64,000 bases of DNA. Origin: Azolla caroliniana (Eukaryota; Plantae; Polypodiophyta). The DNA lies in the NCBI GenBank assembly GCA_043228905.1, contig JBHGNT010000002.1, forward strand, positions 4,650,001 through 4,714,000, in the 5' to 3' direction. The translations under genes and the position numbers were made by a program. Shown in pieces: positions 47,501 through 60,300 of the stretch; within the stretch, counting starts at the first letter, position 1; each line of letters begins with the position of its first letter. Below the pieces are notes generated by a model. That model was given only the letters and a program-made list of their open reading frames with translations, ran no database searches and was not told where the DNA came from.

Positions 47501-50500
47501 CAGCTACCCGTGAAGCCGACTCGTGTTATAAGTTGGGCCGTCATGAAGAGCCAACACTTCGGAAAAAGTTACCCTTCGGACTTCAATAGGACATTCGGCC
47601 ATCTTATGTATAGTTGACTCATTGAACACTGTGTCCGAACTTCTGACAATTTGTTTGTGCTCGGGGTCCGAAAGTCGGTATCCGATCTTGTCATATGGTC
47701 CATAGCCAAGAAAAATGCATTTCATGGACCTCGATTCAAGTTTGCGGTGGTCGTCTTTCGGAATGAGAGTGTATGCCTCACATCCGAAAATCCTCAGCTT
47801 GTCGTAATTCAACCTACTACGTCCATATTTCCTGAGGTATTCGAAGTCCTAAAAGCCTACTCGAAGACATATTGATTATGTGTACTTCCATGTTGGACAA
47901 CAAGGGAAGCTTATGAACGTGCTTCATGTCCCGACAATCACGAAGAACCTGGTGTTGGTCGTCGGGCATCTACCTAGAAACCATTTGACAATCTGGAGTG
48001 TTGGAGCATGGACACTACGTGTTCCTGAATTGTCTGATTCATCCGTTTGGCAATTCCATTCTACATCAGACTATGAGGTGCCGCGTATTCACGTTTGATG
48101 CCGCATTGCCGGCAAATCTAATGAATTCTTCAGACTTAAACTCTCCCCTGTTGTCGATTCGAAGACATTTTAGCGTTCGACCGGACTGGTTCTCTAGCAT
48201 CGTGAGCCATTCCTAGAAGGTCAAGAAACTTGATCATTGGTTCTGGCCGGGTATGCCCACACCTTGCGAGTCGAATCATCGATGAAGCTAACGAAGTACA
48301 AGGCACCACCAAGAGATTGATGTGGCATCGAGCCATAGACATCCGAATGGACCAAATCAAGCAAACTTGAGACTCTTGGTGTTGCACCCGGGTGTGAAGT
48401 CACAGCTTGCTTGCCATACTTGCAATGCTTGCATAATTGGTGGTTCAAGAAGGAGAGTTTGGGGATATATCCGGCTCTAGATAAGTGTGTGATGTCGACC
48501 TTCCTGAGGTGTTCGAGTCGACCATGCCATAATGATGACACGGGAATGTTAACCAGAAACAAGTCACCCTCTCTAAGTGTGACGTATAGCGAGTACACTG
48601 AATGTACTTTCAGATCTCGCGCAAGCAGGAGGTTCCCCTTGTGGAGTGTCCACCCTCTTGATGAGAAGTCGGCGTATGTCGTTTTCGTCAAGTTGTCCGA
48701 CTGAGATCAATGTTCGTGCTAGCTCAGGTACGTGTCAAACATTATGTAGTACTAATGTAGAGCACCCGGAAAGTTAAGCTCTATTGTACTGATTCTAATT
48801 ATAGCACAATGTTGCGAATTTCCGACTCGGACTGAGTCGGAATGTCGGGCCGAGTATTGCTGAAATTGGGATCGATGAGGGGTCACGTAGTAAGATGCAC
48901 CCGAATCCAAGAGCCATGTGCTTGATCCTTAGTCATAAGCAGAACTTCTTATTCGCCTGAGTTTTCTATAAAAAGGATGTTTGGGTTGTCTGTCAATACT
49001 TCGATTGAAGTGCCAGTGTAGTTGACCTCCCCTCCTACCAGCCACCCTTGTGATCAACTCTTTGAGCTTCGTCATTCTTTGCTTTGAGGGCGCGGCCATT
49101 GGCCTTGATGTGTCCGAGTTTCTTGCAGTAGTTGCAGATCCAATTGTCTCGAGACTTGCTCCGGCTTCGCTGATTTGTGGGCGGTCAAGAAGAACTTCTC
49201 CCACAATTGTTCGGTCGGTTAGCCGAACCTTGTACTACGTAAGCGTCATTGACCGAATCGTTTTGCAAACGATTTCCTCCGAGCAACTTCCATCAGGATT
49301 GAGCTCATGACTTTGGAGTACTTCATGGCGGCAGCCGGCACATTACACATGGTTGTGACAAAAGTTTCCCACAAAGAGGGGAGACTACTCATGAGCAACA
49401 TTGCTTTTAATTCATCTTCGATTGTTGTCCCCTGAGCCGAAATTTGGGAGCTTAGACTTTCATACTCATTGAGGTGTGTCTGGACCAAGTCAGATTCTTT
49501 CATCCGAAGGTTGTAGAGGCGTCAAATCAAATATATCTTTGTGGTGGCAACCTTCTTTTCACTAGAGTTTGAGAGTGTTTTCCAGAGTTGGAAGGTAGTC
49601 GAGCACGATTGCACTGTGAAGTACACTAACTCTGACAAGTGCATCCGAATGGTGGCTTGGACAATTCGATCTAGTTTTGTTCACTCATTCGACTTGTATC
49701 CTTCTTGTGGGTTCTCAAACTCGATTGGATCTATCTGACTTTTAACAATCATGTAGTCTTGCATTTGTTCCTTCCAGAAGTTGAAGTTCGACCCGTCGAA
49801 CTTCCTCAGAATCATCTCTGATGAGTCAGATGTTGATGCCATCTGTGTCGGCTTGCTAGACTCTGTCCAGGGTTTATTACGAACAGTGGTGGGATGCATC
49901 CGACTGGCTCACCCGATATCATTCTAGTCGGATTTGGACATGAATCGAATCGACTTCGACTATTAGCGGGTTCTATCTAAAGTGGCTACAGTCGATCGAC
50001 TTAGGCAAATTGGACACGAATTGGTTAGCCGATTGGAACTTCAGATGGCAATTGGTTACTAAACTTGCGTGGGGTGGCTATGACGATTGGAGGGACAGAG
50101 CCAACTGGTCTTCCCCAATGTCGCCTAGCCAAGTTGAGCATAATTACCTGCCAATCTGATTCCGATTGTGGATATCAAGAGAGCAATCATAGATTTAAGT
50201 GTTGGGGTTATGTGTTGTTTTTCCAGGCCGATCTTGCTTTGGATGACTACAACAATGAGAGGGACACATCCAACTGGTCTTCCCGAATGATGTCTAGATG
50301 AATGAAGCACAGATGGAGGTTGTTCCTGGGGTGGACTTTGCTCCAAGTGGTTACGGTGAACAAGTGAACAACATCGGATGACCTATTTGATTGTCGCTTA
50401 ACCAGATGAAGCACAAGTATAGCTGGTCCGACGAAGAAGTCTCACTCCAAGTAGCTACATTATCACAAAAACAAAGTACAACCGTCTAGCTTACTTTAAT

Positions 50501-51036
50501 AGTGATTTAAAACAGTGGAGTGCAGACTTTTCATGTGTTTCTCTTCATTGAAAATGATCTTGTAAGGAGTTGCCAAACGAGGGATTTCACCCAGACTGAA
50601 ATCTTGGAATCAAATGTTATACCAAAAACGATCTTCAAAAGGGACAAAAGAAGAGTTGTTGATGGAGAAAAAGGATGACTAGTTGCAAAATCGAAACACC
50701 AAGCTTTGATACCAGATGTTGGGGCCAACCATCTAGATGCAGAACAAACTTAGCACTCTTTAAGATGAAGATCTTTAGAGAATACAAAAAACTAATTGAT
50801 AACTCAATACAATATCAACAAGAAAATAGAGGGAAGAGAGACAAAAAGGTAGGCACAAGAGTATGTAACTATATTATTCTCTCTAAGTTACAATGGCACA
50901 ATGTACAAAATGAACAACCTTAAAACTAGGTTACAAGAGTTAGTTTAAATACTAACTAACTTAGGGCACCTTCCCTTTCCAATATTTATAGAAATGGCAT
51001 AGTATAAATGTGACCATTATATACCCGTATTTGACA

Positions 51037-51500
51037 AAAGGTGAAGCTCATGACTGCTCCCTTGCAGAACACATTTGGGAATGGATAAAGGGAGTAATGG
51101 TTTATCCCAATTGATGAGAATGGGCCCGGTGCAGGACATTGGTTCACTGATGAGACATGACAGAAGCTCCGGATTAGTGGGTGTGACTTCCTACTATTGA
51201 AAGAGGAGTTGAAATTTAGTAGACCCTACAATCGTCAAACCAATGGTGATATTCGCATATACCATGGAATATCAAGCCTATTCCCATGTAGAGAGGTGCC
51301 ATCCTAAAAGCTGATTGACCTACTCAAGGAGAAAATTGTTGGCTTATGCCTTGTGGGCAAACAGAACCACCCATAGTTTGGTGACAAGGTTCATGCCAAC
51401 TAAGGTCATGTACAAACAAAAACTAGTGATGCCCAATCGAAGAGACAATCGTGTTGTGGGTAACTATGCTATGGGAGAATGAGACGAGTCAAGAAGCGCT
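51037..51500 (+). mobile_element. Old Gypsy relic, right half (heavily deleted pol)
   Basis: RKVKLMTAPL continues the left half (cf. RKVRPVAAPL); VDPTIVKPMVIF and YALWANRTTHSLVT remnants. Confidence 0.75.
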
Positions 51501-52202
51501 TTTGGTAATGAGTCATGAGGTGTTGTGCCCGAAGGTGGAACACATGAAAAGGGGCAAAATTAGGGAGGCCACAAAGTGTTTATATGTAAATAGGAAAAAC
51601 ATAAATATAATAACAAAAATTAGGTGGTATAGTGGTAGAGGCCATAGGCTGCATTTCAGTTTCCACTACGTTCGAGTTTCCACTCGGATTAGGGTACCCA
51701 CTACATTAAAGTACCTACTCAAGTCAGAGTCCCCGCTATGTTCGAGTTCATGCCCATTGCATTTGAGTCCCTTGTCGGATCCGAGTTCCTCCTATGTCCA
51801 AGTCCCTACTCGAATCCGAGTACCCAATGTGTCGAAGTCCCTACTAAGATCCAAGTACCTTATACGTCCGAGTGCTTGCTTGGATTAACCCCCCAATCAA
51901 CAAGACTCTTGAAGCTACTCCTAAGCAAGCCGATACTCCTATGAACCGACAAAGCCTTGATCGACACTTCCATGATACGATTCAAGAACCCAAGGCCACA
52001 AAGCAAGAAATAAAATTGTGGACATCACAACTCACCATAGGTGGCCAACCTAAATCCATTATGCACGATATTGAAGTGGCGCTTTCTGAACAAAAGACCA
52101 TGTATGTAAGAACATAACAAAAACTCACGCTCCTTAAGCCATCATTGCAAAGTCAACATGAGTGACTCTCATCTCAACATCAATCCGAGTCCAACCCTCT
52201 CC

Positions 52203-52576
52203 TAACAATCGGCAATGGTTCGGTTCGGTTTGAGAGGGTCCAAACCGAACCGTTTAAATTTTGTTAAACCTGAACCAAACCAAACCACGAAACCGTTAAA
52301 CTGAACTGGTATTTTTTTCCAAACCATTAAACCGTAAAAACCGTGGTTTCGTGGTTCGGTTTTGGTTTTCAACATAGGTCAAATTTTTAAATTTTTAAAA
52401 TTGATAATATTTCATTATTTAAAAATTTTAAGATGTTCCTAAAATGTGAGAATAAGGTCTAAAAATAAAAATATTGTTTAAAATCAATTTTAAAATTTTT
52501 TTTATTCAAAAAAAAACCGTTAGACCATTTAAACCGCGGTTTCTGGTTGTTAAAACCGAACCGTTGCCGATTGTTA
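52203..52576. mobile_element. hAT-type MITE
   Basis: 23-bp TIR TAACAATCGGCAA(T/C)GGTTCGGTT; 8-bp TSD CCCTCTCC/CCCTCTCT; many subterminal AACCG motifs; AT-rich core. Confidence 0.85.
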
Positions 52577-54047
52577 CCCTCTCTCTAGCACAACATGTGG
52601 CAACCCATGTAGTAGGCAAGCATGGGAACCATCACTCCCAAGAGTACCGAATAACAACCACGTAGTAAACCAAAACCCTACCTTACCACGTAATGGTGAC
52701 TTTGTCATTGCCCTACAATTCATATATACTCTAGTTCTTATCGATGGAATAAGAGAGGAACACAACCCTGAGCTCAAGACCCCACACAAATGATTGTGGA
52801 GAAAGTACCACAATCTCAAATTTGGTTCCCCATTTCCTTGGATTCAGGGACGCATCTGATCATGTCAAGAACTTGAAATAGATAAGCTGAGCATATGAAC
52901 CAACCCTAGAGACCACGAAAGTGGTATTATTTGGTCTTACCCTTGATGACCAAGTCAACATATGGTTTTGAACCCTCGCCGAAGACATTGTGACTGATTT
53001 TGATTATTATCAAGGACTTTTTCACAAATTTCTCTCGATGGGGAAACAAAGGCAAAGGAAACGGCCTGAGACATATGTTGCACCAAGAGCTTGCATAGTT
53101 GATGCAACATGGGCAACAAGATGTTCAACGACAAGCTTATGAGTCGATTCATCAATGGACTCTATGACCCAACCTTGCAGAATTTCTTAATGGTGAGAAT
53201 GTGCCTGTTAAGTATCTGGCACTCGACATATCGGTTTTGAAGATTGTGGCGCCAACAAGAGACACCGAGCTCAACCAACCTTTGGAAAAAGTGGGATAGA
53301 ACAAACCAAAGATGAAACAATGTTGGCCAATGGGCACCCTAGTGTGAAAGGGAGACACTTGCCTTGGAAAAGCCAACACTAAGAGCTCCTCTTCTATCTC
53401 CTTAATCCTTCATTAGGGTTAAGAGAGGTTAGGGTTAAGAGTTAAGTAAGTTGAACCCTAATCTCCTCCTCTTTGTATGGTGCTAAACTACTAAAACACG
53501 ATCGGTGGTGATGCCATTCGAAGAGCCATAAGGACATGCCTTCACCTAGGTGACATGCTCAAATTATACGAGAGTGAGGTGAGGCAGTGCAAATTCAATT
53601 GCTACCGAAGGTTTCGAAGGACAAGCGGCAAGCTCAATTGGAAACAAGATAGATAGATATTTTTAACGTCCATAGAGAGGCCGATATTGACCCATGGCAT
53701 TGAAGTACAAAAGTTTTCTCAATGTGTGTCTCCTTCCTAGGAAGGGATATTCGTACTTCGAAGCACCAAGGCTCAACGTATGAATACGGCAATACACATA
53801 TGAGCTCAACCTTCTAGGAGTTCTCTTTATTGTGACACTCTAAGTCATCGCCCGTTCTTAATAAGTATGTCATCATAGCTTTCACAAATTGCACTATATG
53901 CGGAGTAGGGAGGTTGTGTTTTCTGGTGAGGTCGTGAGTCTGTTCTGTTGAACGAATGGGACAGGAGTTGTGTAGAGGGAGGGAACACACGGGAGAGTGG
54001 GGCCCGTGGCGGAAGCTCGATACAATCACAGATGACGGTATCGAGCC

Positions 54048-54256
54048 GATGACCGGCCGGAAGTTCCCTGGCCTGAAGCCGAAAAGATGGCCCTCTCCAA
54101 TTTGGAAATGAACCAAGCTCTAAAATTTAGATTCCTTTTATGGGCTGTCTAGATGACCGCCTGGAAGTTCCCGGCCCCGAAGCCGAAGAGATGGCGCCCC
54201 CGCCCCGCCCCCCCAAATCTAGATATGAACCAAACCCTAAATTCTAGATTTCTTTT
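54048..54256 (+). promoter_or_regulatory. DnaJ upstream region: two diverged ~90-105 bp direct repeats, telo-box AAACCCTAA at 54232-54240
   Basis: GATGACCG..GGAAGTTCCC..GAAGCCGAA.AGATGGC..ATGAACCAA.C.CTAAA.T.TAGATT.CTTTT at 54048 and 54152. Confidence 0.6.
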
Positions 54257-54310
54257 GCCGGATAACATTTTGTCGGAGTGAAGAAGAAAGAAATACTCTG
54301 TTTCTTCTAT

Positions 54311-54326
54311 ACATATACACACGCAC

Positions 54327-54371
<45 letters not shown>
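54311..54371. repeat. (CA)n microsatellite upstream of the DnaJ ATG
   Basis: Direct reading. Confidence 0.9.
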
Positions 54372-54374
<3 letters not shown>

Positions 54375-54472
54375 CGAGATCAGAGTCAGAGTCAGAGACA
54401 CATTTGTTTCTTTCTTTTGGCCGTAATCTTCCATCCTTTTGCTGTGCCTTGCCTTGCCCTGCCTTCCTCTTT

Positions 54473-54637
54473 ATGGGTGTTGATTACTATGGTGTTCTCA
54501 AGGTTCCTAAGACCGCCACCGATGATGATCTGAAGAAAGCCTATCGAAAGCTCGCCATGAAGTGGCACCCTGACAAGAACCCTAATAACAAGAAAGAAGC
54601 GGAGGCCAAATTCAAACAGATCTCCGAAGCTTATGAG
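54473..54637 (+). CDS. DnaJ: Class-B J-domain protein (Hsp40, DNAJB/Sis1-like), exon 1
   Basis: [11 protein letters not shown]...KWHPDKNP...FKQISEAYE followed by a GT donor. Confidence 0.95.
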
Positions 54638-54689
54638 GTTGGGGTTTGGTGTTGTTGTTGTTGTTTATTCTTTAAGGTTCTTCTTGTTC

Positions 54690-55460
54690 GATGTTCGATG
54701 ATGTTGTTGTCTTTGTGATGATGTCGTCGTCAGCGAAGACGGTTACAATGATATGGCAACAACGATGATGTGGTAATTCGATGATATGATGGTTAGATAC
54801 GTGTTGATGACACAATATGGTAATGACTAGATGGTATATCTTTATGATGGTATGGCGATTGCACGATGATGAGATGATATGCAGATCTGATGCCATGAAT
54901 AATGTTGGTGTGTTTGATGATGAGATGAATTATCATGATGTGGAGATGATGATATGGTATCGTATGAATCATAATTGATGAGGTATCATGATGATGATGT
55001 TGCGATGATGTGATGGTATGACATAAATCATAATGATGAGGTCTGTATTGGTAATATGATGTGCTTATCCATGTAGTGACGATGTCATGATTGTGTCACT
55101 GTGATATTTGCACTAAGGTGTGATGATGATGAGACTAACCTTGCTGATGATAGGATAATAATGAGAGGATATGAATATATGATGGTATGAATCATCACCA
55201 CAGTATGATGATGAATATCTAGTGGATGCACTAAAGTGAACAACAGTGATGATGCTGATATTGTTTACATGATGATTATATGGCATCGATGAGAGCATAT
55301 GACAATATGATAGCATGAATCATCATGTCAATATGATGCTTTGGAGATAGTAAGATGATATGATACAAGGCATCGTGATGATTGATAATATGGTTGTAAG
55401 ATGTGAATTTGTACTACATGATTAGTTGTGTGATGTAATATAATGATTTAATAACATTTG
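54690..55460. repeat. Degenerate (GAT/ATG)-rich low-complexity tract in DnaJ intron 1
   Basis: Dense GATGAT/ATGAT words on one strand only. Confidence 0.75.
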
Positions 55461-56006
55461 TTTCTGTTCTGTCATAATGATTTAATCATTTTAACCATCC
55501 ATCATAAGAGTTTCCCCTGATAAGTCGAAGTAGGAGAGTTTCTGCTGAAGGAGTGTCATATCCCTGAATTAACTTAAGCAGCCTAGAATAATTCCTTAAA
55601 GTTATTGACTGTTTGTTACGCTGGCATGACCACGATGTACTTAAAGGTGGGTGATCATGTTTTTGTGAGTATCGACATGTATCTACCTGAAGGTAACAGG
55701 GAAATCTACGTTTAACATAGTTCAAGTGATCAAGTATTTGGATTTTTTTACTGAGTATTCTCATACTGCTTATGATGATTTTTGTGAAACAACTTGTTTT
55801 CTATTTTTCACATGGTCAACATATCACTCGTAATGAGAATCTAATCTGAGATCTACATTTTTCTTTAATGAAAAAATTGGCATTCTCTTACACTTGTAAA
55901 GAGAATCTAATCTGAAATCCACATTTATTTCTCATGAACGTATCTAGAAAATGTACGTTTAACAGTTGGCACACTCATGTGATGAAATGTGGTTTTGGAC
56001 TTCTAG

Positions 56007-56437
56007 GTACTCAGTGATTCTCAAAAGAGAGGAATCTATGATGTATATGGTGAGGAGGGTTTGAAAGGGTTTCCTCCTGGTGGTTCTGGAGGCCCTCATA
56101 CCGCTAATGGAGATGTAAAAACTACGTATTTCAATCCAAGGAATGCAGAAGACATATTTGCAGAATTCTTTGGTGGAGGGAACCCATTCAATATGGGTGG
56201 GATGGGTAGCCACCAACATCGTATGGGTGGCACCCGAAGCCCCTTTGGAGATGGTATATTTGGTGGATTTGGCGGCACTGAGAGCGTCTTCCGGAATTTT
56301 GTGGACCCAGCTTCTTCTTCCTCTGGGCCAAGGAAGGCGGCTCCTGTCGAGAATAAGCTCCCTTGCTCATTGGAAGAGCTCTATGCTGGATCAACGCGGA
56401 AGATGAAAATCTCAAGGAATATCGCTGATGCGAGTGG
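56007..56437 (+). CDS. DnaJ: Class-B DnaJ exon 2 (end of J domain, G/F region, start of C-terminal domain)
   Basis: TAG acceptor; [51 protein letters not shown]; phase-2 GT donor. Confidence 0.93.
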
Positions 56438-56954
56438 GTATGTTAAATGCCTTCTTTTCTAGATTTGCAGTGCCATTTGTTAGGTTATGTAGCTATTTCT
56501 GCTGGTGTCAAAATGGCTTTCTAATTATTTTTCTTGCTCAATTGAATTCCCATGTAATGATTCGTACTTTGGGTTTCCATTTCCACATAATTCTTTCTAC
56601 TATTGATTGATTTTCGATTTCTTTCCTCTCACCAATCAATTTAACTGGTATACAAAATGTTAATTTTATGGTTTTTCCTAAATGATTGAACGCCATACTA
56701 TTTCCTTCTTTTGTTGATCGAATATTCGTGGAATGATTCAATCATTTAAAGGTTTAGTCTCTATTATTTATTGATTTGATCTCTTTTTTCATTTTTTTCA
56801 TTGGGGATGACTTTTATCCTTCATTAATTTCTCTCTTCCAACTGGTTTCCAGAGCAAGAACGTGAAGCTTTGTTTTTACCTTTTGTATGATATGAAGTTA
56901 TTTTCACGATGAATATTTACATGAGTAAAAGAAAAAAGTAAAAACTTATGCCAG

Positions 56955-57396
56955 GAGGACAGTACCCGTGGAAGAGATATTAACAATCGAAGTCAAGCCC
57001 GGGTGGAAGAAAGGCACAAAAATTACATTCCCTGAGAAAGGAAACGAGCAACCGAATGTGATCGCGGCTGATCTCGTGTTTGTCATAGATGAGAAACCTC
57101 ATGATGTCTTCAAGCGAGATGGGAACGATCTTATAGTGACTCACAAAGTCCCGTTGGCGGATGCACTCACAGGGACAACTGTTACGGTAACAACGTTGGA
57201 CGGTCGCACCTTGACTATATCATGTAACGACATCATTTTCCCTGGCTATGAGAAAGTGGTTCCCAAGGAAGGAATGCCAATACCAAAGGAGCCAAGTAAG
57301 AAGGGAAATTTGAGGATAAAATTTGACATCAAGTTTCCTACTCGCCTGACTGCGGAGCAAAAAGCAGGCGTGAAGAGGTTTCTTGGCACGGGTTAG
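56955..57396 (+). CDS. DnaJ: Class-B DnaJ exon 3 (C-terminal domain); spliced protein 345 aa
   Basis: CAG acceptor; EEILTIEVKPGWKKGTKITFPEKG..DLVF..GMP..GNLRIKFDIKFP; exon phases sum to 1038 nt. Confidence 0.95.
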
Positions 57397-60300
57397 TATA
57401 GATTCATCTGAGTGTGTGTGTATACATTGGCCTACATTTTTCTTAACTATGAACGAAGCACATATCATGCAGTATTCTCTCTTGATGTTTTGTTTTAACA
57501 AGTTGTATTTTGTGTATTTGAGAGAGAGGATGAAAGGCGTTGCGAGTATCATGACGAGCCTTGTAAACATGTAGGCTGAAAGATTCTGTCTTGTGTACAT
57601 CTTTGAGTATAGTGTCTTAACTTCCCATTTCCTCTTGTTATTATTTGGAAATATTCATCCTGCATAGAGTTCGTGTGTTTTGCTTTTTTGTTTTGTACAA
57701 AGAAGCTCACATAAAAATAAATATTCTTATTATTTTATTTTCAGTCATCTATCTGTTATCCCTTTATGTCATCAAAAGTTTTCTTGATCATGCTTAAATC
57801 ATTGTATTATTGATCCCATTACTTCAATAGATTCTTTTCATAGAGTTTCATTTATCATCATTGTTCTTATATTTGGGAATTTCAAACTACAGACTCTGGA
57901 ATGCTTTGAATAGGCTCATATAATCTATCCTTCATCCCTTTATTTCATGAAAATATTTATTAATCGTCCCTTTATTGTTAATGATGATGTTGCCTTGATA
58001 GATTCTACATGTTCCATTTATCGTCATTGTATTATGTTTGGGAGTCCTGAACTACCACATCTAATATGCTTTGAATAGGGTCAAGTCTTTGTCTTATTGA
58101 TATTATGACAATGTATTTTTCATTCAAATGTTCCCTTTATTCATCATAATCTATCTCAATCACACAAGAATCCAGACATAGTCCAATTGGGGATAACATG
58201 TAAAAATAAGCTTGTACATGGTCCTTACAATCCTGTTGACATGAATTGAATTAATGTTCCCAAATAAAGAGGATATTCATTTGGCATCCACTACTCGCTG
58301 GTATCATTGTCAAAGCTTTGGGAGCACAATTAATGCCAGTGCTAATTATATTGCGACTCCTTGAGGTTCCAACTCATGAATTCATTGGCTACTATTCCAT
58401 TAGCAAATGAATGTTCTTTTTGTATCTATAAAAGTGGTTGATCCAAGGCATATAACATCTTACTTTATTTATTTGGTAGTTTTTACTTTATTAAGCTATT
58501 TTGTACAAGTCACAAATGATAATGCCCACAAAAACCATGCAAGCGAATTTAGATAACATGCATTTTTTCTTTCCCACAATTATTATACAGATAATACCTG
58601 AGACAACACATTTTGTGAATTGACCTTGGTGGAAGGTTATCGTGAAGGTAGTTTTGCATTTATTTGTGGTGCTGAGGTTGATGTTTTTTACACCCATGTG
58701 GCAGGGGATCCTCGTTTAGGTACTGTTCTATTAATAGTTTCAATGTTTTCACAAATTCAATGCAACCCACATGAAGTTGCAAAAGAAATTGGTCAATTAG
58801 AATATTGTGGTGTCTCAAACTGTGAGCTTGATGCTAGCATTCTTTGGACTAATGAATATTTTGGTTTTGAATGGTCAATGTAGCTTACACTACCATTCCC
58901 TTGTTTGGAAACAACTTTAGGATACTTCGCTTGAAAGTCTTTTAAATTTACCATACAATGTTATGTTTCATGATAGGCAACATTGCCAAAAGACTCATTT
59001 CACTAGAATCGATAGGAACTTTCTCAATTTCAATCGACTGGTTCGAGAATATAATCGATATGGTTAAAGCATAATTGCTTGAAGTCTTAGCAAAAACGGG
59101 GTTTTCTTCCCCCATCACCCGAATCATGCTGCGGTCAGACATTTATTTGACTATGTACCAATATGGTGATCTACTTGAGAGCTAAAGGTTGCTAAGAAAC
59201 ATTGATGTCCCAATCTCACATCATATCCCACATTTTTTACCTCGAAGATTAGTAAAGTTTTGTTGGTATTGACATGTGCTTTTATTGAGCAAAGGCACTC
59301 ATGAGGGTATTCCATTGCGTAATTTTATTTTGGTGTTCGATTGTTAAAATCAAGAGTTTTTCTAGGAAATGCATTGATTGTATGTGAAATATAGGTTGTT
59401 TTCAAAAGCAAAGGAGCATTTCAATCAGCGTTTGACACACAATGTGGTCACATGGACAACATTGATGGCTTTCCATACCTTGAGAGGGTACTCAAGATGT
59501 GGAGAGTCATGTTCGTTAAAAGTCAAGGGTTGATTTTGGTATGCTATTCATTGATGACATTGTGTTGGTTTTTGGTCAATACTCCATCTTTTGTGGGTAT
59601 GAAGTTCCTTAGAGTGGGATTATGATCATCAATGCTTGGAACCATTCTTAGGTGGCTATTATTACATATCATAATAATGATGAACAAAAGAATAAGAGAT
59701 TAAGGAGAATAATTGAGTAGGGTGCTTAACTACACCAACCACACCCCAAGCCAAGTACGTAAGATGAACATAAAATACCATTGATGTTCTTTAACATTGA
59801 CTATTACCCTAGATGTTATACCTTGGATGGTGAATAATGAATCCAAAGAAGAGTCTCAACAATGTTTGAAGATGTCGTTATGAAGAGGGTATCTAGTTCC
59901 CTTTGTGTCGCTCATCACTTAAGGCTCCAAGTTCACTATGAGTTCCTGCATGTCATAGGTCCATATGGGTTTGTCCCAATTGCTAGGATAACTAGTTTCC
60001 TAACTATCCTACCCTTAACCCATTAAAATTAGTTATACAATTGGTTTGTAAGGTCTTGCCTATAACAACCATGTATCATATAAACCTCAACGATAGAGTG
60101 CATTGAACATTAATTAGAAAGCGGGTACCCTAATCTCAGAGTTGCAGCCCACTAGCATCTACATGTGGGACACAAACAAGTGTGGGATTTTTTTTCTAAA
60201 AAGGAAAAAGATGATGATTGTAGTAGTAGTAGAAGGAGATTATAGTCTTATTCATTCAACATTACGCTATGAATGATTGTGTGTGTGCACGTCGAGTGAG

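Larger units (their letters stand above)
12643..51036 (-). mobile_element. Copia-0: outer degenerate Ty1/Copia element hosting the nest
   Basis: LTRs 50717-51036 (5') and 12643-13781 (3', carries a solo LTR); TSD AAAGG at 12638-12642 and 51037-51041; PBS TGGTATCAAAGCT at 50714-50702; PPT next to 13782; gag/INT/RT remnants at 46288-49850 and RNase H at ~14050-14723. Confidence 0.9.

Noticed and set aside
51500-52200. Possible LTR remnant with CGAATCCGAGTACCC-like repeats
   Set aside because: No paired copy, clear boundaries or TSD in the window
53410-53465. Interstitial telomeric repeat
   Set aside because: Only isolated TTAGGG/AACCCTAA words, not a tandem array
58150-59700. Possible decayed DNA-transposon coding sequence on the minus strand
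   Set aside because: Looks coding-like, but I could not identify a motif, termini or TSD with confidence; a translated search against TE protein libraries would be needed
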